A stretch of DNA of 64,000 nt from Octopus sinensis. Taxonomy: Eukaryota. A program made the translations under genes and the position numbers. The notes under the pieces are model-generated. The model did no database searches. It saw only the letters and a program-made list of their open reading frames with translations, and was not told the DNA's origin. Location of the stretch: contig NC_042997.1 in NCBI RefSeq assembly GCF_006345805.1, positions 142,724,001 to 142,788,000 on the forward strand, written 5' to 3'. Positions 55,137-64,000 of the stretch are shown here, in pieces (within the stretch, counting starts at the first letter, position 1; each line of letters starts with the position of its first letter).

Positions 55137-56480
55137 TCCACCAAAAAGTGTATACCTTCTTCGAGAAAAGGAGAAATGTAGAAACATTTTAATACTGAAT
55201 TTTTTCAGACATTACATGATTAATATAAATTGCCTTAAACCTCTACAATTACAAGAGGTGCTCAAAGTGGTGGCCATTAGCTTTTAGACACTTATTAGCA
55301 TGGTGAACTGCTGCTTAGGCAATGTTAACCAAAGTGTCCAGAGAGATTACTACAAATTTTGTTTCAATTTTCTCCTGGAGAGCAATCAGTGTAGCCAGTT
55401 TTCTGTGATATACGACATCCTTTAGTGTGACTCATAAGTAAAAGTCTACAGGTGTTAAGTCAGGAGAACATGTGGAGAACTCAACCATACTTCTTTGTCC
55501 CATCCAGTGTCCTTGCAAATTTTCATCCAGGTTAATTCACATATCTTGGTAGTAGTCTAGAAGTACACCATCATGAAAGATAAGTTCATCATTTCCATAA
55601 GATGTGAATGGACATGCTTAGCATGTCTAGGTACACTTGACCAGTGACAGTACCTTCAAAGCAAAATGGTCCCATTAAACTTGATGACACTCTATACAAT
55701 GACTGCTTTGTCCACATACAAACGAGGATTTTCTGGTGCTCAGTAAACACAAATATATCAGATCACTGTTCCATTTAGCTTAAATTATGCATCATCAGAT
55801 CACACAACTGTCCTCACAAAATCTTTTTCCTCACCTACCATGTGTTGAAATCACTCACAAAACTTGATTCTTTGATCAAGTTCATCGTTGTTAATTGCAT
55901 GTAATAATCTTGAGGTGTAAGCTTCCCACTTAGCTCTTTTAAGAAAGCACCATATGCTTGTACTGCTTGTTCCAGTCTCATGTGCACATAGTATTGTAGA
56001 CTTCTTTGGCAAATGTTTGAAATATTCCACCCCCATAACCAAAGGAGCAGCACTTACTACTCTCCGAAGTCTGAGAGATTTTTCCCTTTTGCACATCTTA
56101 CACAGTGTCATGTGTTTCAAACTGACCACAAATCTATGAAAGTAACAGGTGTGTTAGAGGTTCTGTTCCAAACTCATGCCTCCATTGTTGTTGAATATCA
56201 ACATCTTTCTCAAATTTGAAATACCACTTTAAAATGGTCTTACATTCCTTAAACAACAACCATACCTCTACCACCTTGTCACAGTTGCTCACAATAGCAT
56301 CAAGAAATCATAAGAAAGTTTCTAGCTTTTTTAATCTTAAAATAATGCCCATTGGCTATTTCATACATCAACAATTGATCGAGTCCAACCTAACTTTCTC
56401 GATATCACACCTTACCAGCAGTAAAAATAACAATATTTTTAAAATGAAAAATTTTTTCATTAAAATTTAGAAACTTTTTT
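55137..56480 (-). mobile_element. Decayed near-full-length Tc1/mariner-superfamily transposon
   Basis: Minus translation includes LHAINNDELDQRIKFCE, VV*SDDA*FKLNG and SPDLTPVDFYL*VTLKDVVY. Boundaries are approximate. Confidence 0.85.
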
Positions 56481-58664
56481 TTTAATATTCAAAGAGGCTG
56501 TATTAATCCCATGATGTGTGAATAGATTTAGTATTAAAATATTTCTACATGTTTTTCTTTCCCTGAAGTGCGTATAAACATTTTCTAGCATATTCTGTAC
56601 ATAAATACAAAAATATACACACGCATACATTTATATAATGCTACTTGATCAATACTGTTGTTCATTCTATTGTTGTTTGGTCTCATATTGAATACCATTT
56701 TAATTTCTACCTTGTGTGTGTGTGTGTGTGTGTGTCTGTCTGTCTCTTTGTGGGTATTTTTTTTTTTTTCAATATCCATCACTGTTGAAAGAAAACATTA
56801 ACCACCTCCAAAATTCATAAACTCCCAGGCTTAATGTCAGTTATTGGTTCATTCCAGTATCATTATCAATCTAATCTAAATTGTGGAAGCAAGACAAAGT
56901 AAACTAGATTTCAAAAGAAAAAGAACTCTTCATACATTGTCCTTGGATTCATGGATGAATCCCAGAGGATCAAGTGTTAGTTTAGTTAGATCTCAATTTG
57001 TTGCATTTTGCATGATTGGTTCAAAATTGTGTCTGTTAGAAAGTATCTGCTCTGACTTTGGAAATTTTCTGTTTATTTTTGTTTTCCTACCTTTAATGTT
57101 CACAACATTGTTCATATATTACTTTGTATCTGTTATCCCCTGTTTCTCTGATATATTTAAACCTCTGTGTGTCTGTATCCCAAAATGTATTATTTCTTTT
57201 AAAAAGTCTGTCTTCATTTTCCCCCTACACTATGAGCATTCTTCATTATAAATCATACAGGTATTGCCTGCACTTTGGCACATGCTTTATATTTTGTATT
57301 TGTACCGCTGTAACGAATCACTATTCTCTTGAACAGATGCTGTATAAAATCACACATTTATGAACAGTTTTTCAATTGTTTTGTATGCTTGACTTGAGAG
57401 CCAGTATCCAATAATTGCCACAATCAGACAAAGATGGTTTCTTCAATTAGAGCTATAACATTTCAGTTTGTTTTAAATAATGAATGTGACTCCTAATATA
57501 TGTTTTTTTATCTATTCATTTATTTGTTCATTTAATCAATGTAAATCTATTTGTTTATGAATTACATAAATTATTTATACTACATACATACACATACATA
57601 TGTGAATCTTCTTATACATTATTGACATTATTGTAAATCATCCTGAGGCGAAGCTCTGACATATATATTAGAAAATATATTGGCAAAATATTGGCAAGAT
57701 GCAACTATATGTATTACTGTTATGGATTAAATATCAACATTTCAATAAATACTAGTTAACCTTCTAATTTTAATAAATATTAATAACCCACAATAAATAT
57801 TAATACACTTCATGCTTAAGCTCACTACTGCCATCCCTAACAGCCAACTTACTTTCCATTAAAAGCCCATAAGTTGTAACACACTAACTCTATTTACTTC
57901 ATTAATCATTCTTTCTAAATTCAAATTGTACATTTTTTTTTGTTCTCATTGTTGCTATTTCATTTCTTCTCAATTTTCATGCTTTTTTCCATTCATTTAT
58001 ACATTCAATCATTGCTTCATTACATTAATCTGTATTTAGGCGCAAGTCCAGCATATCCAGCCTGGGTGCATCTTTGTAAGTATCTCATGTCTCCTCTCCC
58101 TCAATCATTAGCTGAGAACCCACCTCTTTTTTTGTTTTTTATCAATATATAATGTTAGTATCTTTATCTTTTTAATGTCCTAGTGTAGTACAAGTTATAT
58201 TAATTATCTTTTAATTTATGCATTACTGAATGCATTTAGTATACCACATTTTACTTACATAGGTATAAGTAATTATATGTGTATGTGTATATAGATAGCT
58301 AGATAGATATTCAGGTATAGATGTACAACATATATACACACAGACATACGTAATCTGTTTTACAATTTCTCACCAAATAGTCAAACAGAATAATTGGTAG
58401 ATATTTGGTTAAGTGGCTGCTTGAATAACTAACGGGAGGGGAAAAGCATGCTAATATGTGGGCCAATCTTCCATGATTGCAATAATGATGTCCAGAGAAT
58501 GATAATGTCAGATGATGCCAAAATCACCTTGCATGTTCAAATTGTTTGGATAAGCCATATCCCTGCTGAAACTTTGAAATCAGTTAAATAATATCAGACT
58601 CTACTTTTGTAATGAGTCTTTCATTCAGTTAAGTTCACGTGTTTTTTGTGGGGTTTTTTATCTA

Positions 58665-58831
58665 TTTGCTTCCCAATCTTATGATTCCAGGTTCAGTCCT
58701 GCTGCGTAGCACCTTGGGCAAGTGTCTTTTTCTATAGCCTCAGGCTGACCAAAACTTTGTGAGTGAATTTAGCAGATGGAAGCTGAAAGAAGCTTGTTGT
58801 ATACATGTGTGTGTGTATGTATATATATATA

Positions 58832-58913
<82 letters not shown>

Positions 58914-59113
58914 ATATATATACACACTACTGCTTGACAGTAGTGCTTGTTGTGTTTACATTCCTGTAACTTAATGGTTTGGCAAAGAGACCAATAGAAT
59001 AAGTAGCAGGCTTTAAAAAAAAGTACTGGAGTTGATATGGTTGACTAAAAGTTCTTCAAGGCAATACCCCAGCATGGCCACGGTCTAATGACTGACACAA
59101 GTAAAAATAAAAG
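58665..59113 (+). mobile_element. CORE-type SINE, 5' truncated, with expanded (TA)n
   Basis: GCACCTTGGGCAAGTGTCTT core and CAAGTAAAAATAAAAG tail. Confidence 0.85.
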
Positions 59114-59258
59114 AAATAGATATATAGATAGGTAGACAGACAGGTGTGATCCTGTTTATTTAAATCTCTTGTGTCATATCCCTTACTAGGTGTATATGTC
59201 ATCTCTCATGCACATATTCAGCTATTATAATATATTGAAGCATACACAGCATATACAT

Positions 59259-59641
59259 AGGCGCAGGAGTGGCTGTGTGGTATGTAGCTTGTTTACTAAC
59301 CACATGGTTCCGGGTCCAGTCCCATTGCATGGCACCTTGGGCAAGTGTCTTCTACTATAGCCTCGTGCCAACCAAAGCCTTGTGAGTGGATTTGGTAGAT
59401 GGAAACCGAAAGAAGCCCGTTGTATATATGTGTATATATATATGCGTGTGTGTGTTTGTCCCCCTAGCATTGCTTGACAACCGATGCTGGTGTGTTTATG
59501 TCCCCGTTACTTAGCGGTTCGGCAAAAGAGACCGATAGAATAAGTACTGGGCTTACAAAAGAATAAGTTCTGGGGTTAAGTTGCTCGATTAAAGGCGGTG
59601 CTCCAGCATGGCCGCAGTCAAATGACTGAAACAAGTAAAGG
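59259..59641 (+). mobile_element. Best-preserved CORE-type SINE (OR1/OR2-like)
   Basis: Intact tRNA-like head GGAGTGGCTGTGTGG...GGTTCCGGGTCCAGTCCC, core GGCACCTTGGGCAAGTGTCTT and CpG-rich tail. Confidence 0.9.
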
Positions 59642-59933
59642 AGATATTCGGATGTACATTCCAACAAACATAGAGTAAAATCTATTAATATTACTATATT
59701 TTCTCCTTGGTATGTAAACAAAATTTTTACATGTATATTTAATCACTTATATCACGCAAACCCTGTTAATCAAAATGATCAAATATTGTCTTAATCTACT
59801 TCTGTGTGTATGATATCTACACATTAGAATTATTATACTGAAATTAGAAAACTATCTTCATATAAGTCAGACATTTACATTGTACAGTGGAAAATATTTT
59901 AAAGCAGATGGGTTTTCTCTCACTCTCTTTCTT

Positions 59934-59986
<53 letters not shown>

Positions 59987-62131
59987 CCTCTCTTAGTTTA
60001 TTTCATTTTCCCTCCTGTTTTTCTAAAGTCTGGAAATATATGGAATTTACAAACATATATTTATTAATTATTATGGATTACAACTCTATAACGTACCATG
60101 TCTGAGATGTCTCTTTTGTTCTAGACGTTTTGCTCAGATCAAACTAAGAGAATTACTATCTTATACATTAATATATATTTTTTGTAGATCTTTGGAACAT
60201 TGTTCCAAAATATTATTGTAGCATCAGGCCACAAACAATAGTTTCCATCATCTTTGAACTTGAACCTATAATATTGAGTAATATGGCTTTAAGTTTCTTG
60301 TTTTCTAACAGTTGTCTTATAATAAAAATTTAGTTATATACATTTAGGAGTCATATAAATACTGATATCTTTTTTGTCTTTTTTCCTTCTGTATTTCACA
60401 TATTTTGACCTTACATATTCTGTCTTTTAATGTTATAAAGCATCTTTGCATAGTACGATGTAAATCTTTAAAAAAAATAATTCATAACATTTTTAGTTTA
60501 ATTTGATTGGTTATTTGAAGGAATTGGTAATTTCCATTTCATAATTTGTTTCAGTTGACTTTTCAAAGACAGTGAATGCTATTTTTGAAAAGAAAATCTA
60601 GAGAGTTTAATGTATATTTAAAGAATGTTTTATAAAATATTAATACATATTGTGGCTAAAGGACTTCTGGTTCACAGGAATAATAAAGTTAAATTATTAG
60701 GGTTTGTTTCGTTTTTTTAAACATTAATTCTGCATACACAATTGGATTTGTTAACATTTGTAATTTATGAAACTAGAATTCTCTTTGAAAATATACATGT
60801 TATAATTTCTGACGATAAAATACTTTACTTTACCATCAAGCTATTTGAAATATTTTTGTAAGATTTCTGTTGATAACTTTCTAGAGAGTTTTTGTTTTTT
60901 TTAAATCATATCTAAAGTTTGGAACAATATCAAGTAATGTATAAATCTTGATTAATGGTCATAGTAATTAGTTCATTATTTTTATACATCTTCATCATAG
61001 TGATTAAATTGGTACTGCTTTATATGTTCTATAGATATATACTTTTATCTAGAACAAAAAAGGTATGTTATTCCATTTCTTGTATATTACTGGTCATCTG
61101 TTAATATAATTTGCTGGGTTTTTTTTTTCCTTTCTTAGAAGTATTCAATTATTCCTTGTGCTCCAGTATTCATTCTCTCCTCATCTTTGTTTTGAATATG
61201 GATCATTTAATTAGATATCAGTTGACTTTCTTTGGTTTCTGCTACAGCATACAATCATAAGATATTTACAGTATATTTGTTTATAATTGTTTTCCAAAAC
61301 GTCTTATACAGCTAGACATAGAAAAGGTTTAGCAAGTTTGGTTTTAATTTCATATGTATTATTTGCTATTGCTTCAAGAATTATTCCTTGAACAAATCTA
61401 ATCACTGTTTCTTCTGACATAGCTGAAATGCATTTACTTTTTACCAGTTCCCAAATTAGATTTTTGTTTTGTTTTGCTGATTCTTTGAATTGTAATGTTC
61501 TATTGTTGGTGAAGCTCAGGTCAGTCCTACAGAACAAACGTATAATCAAAGGCATTGCAGCCATCTTTCAGGATCATTGAAACAGGACCACATTATCAAT
61601 ATGCCCTTTTTTTTATAGGACACCAGAGTATGTGTTGAGAAGAATTTGGCTGCTACATTTAGCAGGCAAAGCAACCATGTAGAGATACCCTAACTACCCC
61701 TTAAAAAGATATTTGTGAAGTTTTTTAAAATACCCTCTCCTCTTTGCTGAAGAGAAGACTAAATAGAGTTTACACCCATAAAATTCTTCTTTCTTTACCA
61801 TAGTGTTTGACAGGTTTAAAACCATCATTGGATTGCCTTTGTTCAGTCCATTGCAGGACAAAGACCTCAGCATGTTCCTGCCACCAACCAATTTCATGTA
61901 GAGGCTATGAATCTGAGCTTGAGATCATACTGGTTTTATGAGACTACTCTACCACAGTGGCTCAACATAGCCTGGCAGAGGGATGCAGTTAGTCATGACC
62001 AGGATTAGTCAAGTTGATTACATCATAATGTTATCAGACATGTCAATATATCGACCCTGTTTTAATCCCCACAGCCCTTACAACCAGAAGATCTGTCCTT
62101 CCTGTGATAAACACTTAGATCTTATATACAT

Positions 62132-62175
<44 letters not shown>

Positions 62176-62458
62176 TATGTGAAATAGAAAGATGAATAAT
62201 CTTGTAGTAGATTAATCAACAGTTTAACCGATACCTTAGTAGCAAAAATCACAGCAGTTCGATTTGTTTTTTGCTCCGCCTCTGTTCTGTTTTTGTTTTT
62301 CCAACGGATTTCCTTTTTTCTTCCTGAAGAGAAAGACACAATATGGTCCCATTATTCAATCGGATTTTGGTAATTTGTGCCTTTCGAAACACGTGTAGAA
62401 TGAAATAAAACGATTCCTGTTCAATCTGCGTTCAGCTCCATTTCTTCAATTCACCAAT

Positions 62459-62508
<50 letters not shown>

Positions 62509-62529
62509 GTATATATGAATATATATGTG

Positions 62530-63232
62530 TGCCCATTCAAAGTACCCCGGATCCCAGAACGTCCCGCTGTGCTTGAGGAGACCTGTTGAGTCAAGTACAT
62601 GAACATGAACGTCGAAATATATATCAATGGAAATAGTAGTTGTGATGCCTGTGCCGGTGGCACATAAAAAGCACTATCCAAACGTGGCCGATGCCAGCGC
62701 CGCCCCAACTGGCTTCTGTGCCGGTGGCACATAAAAAGCACCATCCGAACGTGGCTGATGCCAGCACCGCCCCGACTGGCTCCTGTGTGCCGGTGGCACA
62801 TAAAAAGCACTATCCGAACGTGGTCGATGCCAGTGCCGCCCCAACTGTCTTCTGTACCGATGGCACATAAAAAGCACCATCCGAACGTGGCCGATGCTAG
62901 CGCTGCCCCGACTGGCTCCTGTGCCAGTGGCACATAAAAAGACCATCCGAACGTTGCCAGCTCCGCCTTGGCTGGCTTCCGTGCCGCTGGCACGTTAAAA
63001 GCTCCAACCAATCGTGACCGATGCCAGACCCCCCCTGGCACCTGTGCAGGTGGCACGTAAAAAGCACCCACTACACTCACGGAGTGGTTGGCGTTAGGAA
63101 GGGCATCCAGCCGTAGAAACTCTGCCAGATCAGACTGGAGCCTGGAGCAGCCGCTGGCTTCCCAGACCCCGGTCGAACCGTCCAACCCGTGCTAGCGCGG
63201 AAAGCGGACGTTAAACGATGATGATGATGATG
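62530..63232 (+). mobile_element. Young RTE-tailed SINE-like element with 7 tandem 60-69-nt units
   Basis: GTGCCGGTGGCAC-like motif at 62651, 62718, 62787, 62854, 62921, 62981 and 63044; CpG-rich; (TGA)n tail. Confidence 0.9.
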
Positions 63233-63239
63233 ATATATA

Positions 63240-63330
63240 TATATATACATACATACATACATACATACATACATACATACATACATACATACATACATAC
63301 ATACATACATACATACATACATACATACAT

Positions 63331-63374
<44 letters not shown>

Positions 63375-63375
63375 G
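63240..63375. repeat. (TACA)n followed by (CA)n microsatellite
   Basis: Read directly from the sequence. Confidence 0.95.
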
Positions 63376-64000
63376 TATATATGTGTATGTATATCTATGT
63401 ATGTGTATGTTTTATATATATATTATGGGTTTCAGCCAGAGGCTGTGGCCATGCTGATGCCCTGCCTTTACTACATCCGGGGATTTCTATATTTCTATAG
63501 TCAAATCAATATTTTATGCTTCCAAAATATGCCTATCAATTATTGCATACACATAACATTTCAACCAAGCTAAACAGTTTAGAATTCCATGCTAAAATGT
63601 CTCGTAAATCAGTAGCAGTTCCTTCCCAATTCATCTTGTTGTCTAAATGTCTTTACCGCTTGCTGCAAGATGTAACATATTTATCACCTGCTACATTATT
63701 GATTTACATATATATATATATATATATATATTATTTAGCAACAGTTTGATTTAGCTCCATGCAACTTAGTTTCGTGGGCTTGTTGAATGATCTTAGGTTG
63801 TCAGGTTTTGAGATCTCCAAATGTCTGACATGCCAAGCTCCTATTAACTGTATTGAGTGTCACTTTCTTTCACATGTCCACTTGTACATGTACACACACA
63901 CACACACACACATGTATATATATGGTAGTTGTATACTCCTTTTGCAGAGTTTGACCACCTCCTGTACCTACACCTTAGGACCATCATGGCATCTAACATG

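Larger units (their letters stand above)
46640..61700 (+). pseudogene. Candidate decayed PKD1-like polycystin (locus B): GPS/TM1, PLAT, TM region, S1-TOP-S2 to S6 segments split by repeats
   Basis: Colinear by-eye motifs: YQDGYEMF...CLHIWH (PLAT, 47.37-47.46 kb), KLRELLSYTLIYIF (S1, 60141), TRILF...LYFTIKLFE (TOP end, 60772), a hydrophobic S2 ending at a phase-0 76-nt GT-AG intron (61063-61138), then S3-S6-like stretches. Many stops. Confidence 0.35.

Noticed and set aside
57090-57230. GPS-like FWDTDTQRF...QCCEH on the minus strand
   Set aside because: It lacks the first Cys, the GC and the HLT/S-F end, and is bounded by stops. It shows how easily such motifs arise by chance, which is why the polycystin calls are kept at low confidence.
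59259-59340. tRNA-like sequences at SINE 5' ends
   Set aside because: They continue into the SINE core and tail and do not form a complete cloverleaf; they are SINE heads, not tRNA genes.
61780-61900. NDGFKPVKH as a CACTA transposase motif
   Set aside because: A single short motif, with no downstream NLP/GP motifs or CACTA termini.
62651-63070. CRISPR-like repeat/spacer appearance
   Set aside because: The variable parts are homologous to each other, the array ends in a retro-tail, related copies are dispersed, the context is eukaryotic and there are no cas genes.
63000-63120. HDV-like or twister fold of the terminal unit (GATGCC...GGCATC pairing)
   Set aside because: The pairing is not conserved in the 37.2-kb copy, and I could not place the P1/P1.1/J4-2 or twister UAA/AAGC elements.

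Overview
This is AT-rich eukaryotic genomic DNA. The SINE repertoire (tRNA-headed CORE-type SINEs resembling octopus OR1/OR2) points to an octopod cephalopod. The window is dominated by microsatellites, three to four SINE families, RTE and R4/Dong-like LINE fragments and decayed Tc1/mariner/Tigger elements. I cannot support any intact protein-coding gene, RNA gene or CRISPR array, and nearly all ORF-track entries are translated microsatellite or repeat. The most interesting signals are: (1) two + strand stretches (about 21.4-25.1 kb and 46.6-61.7 kb) whose translations give weak but colinear matches to a PKD1-like polycystin channel, probably decayed, judged only by eye against remembered motifs; (2) an (ATT/TAA)n-centred repeat ecology, with an unclassified ~540-bp non-coding element always sitting in (ATT)n, R4/Dong-type endonuclease fragments and head-to-tail SINE trains; (3) an RTE-tailed element carrying a variable number of 60-69-nt hairpin-rich units, once amplified as a ~310-330-bp macro-tandem; (4) a possible minus-strand terminal exon with a repeat-free 3' UTR-like tract. 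I see no convincing evidence of a wholly new biological system; items 1-3 are the best leads.
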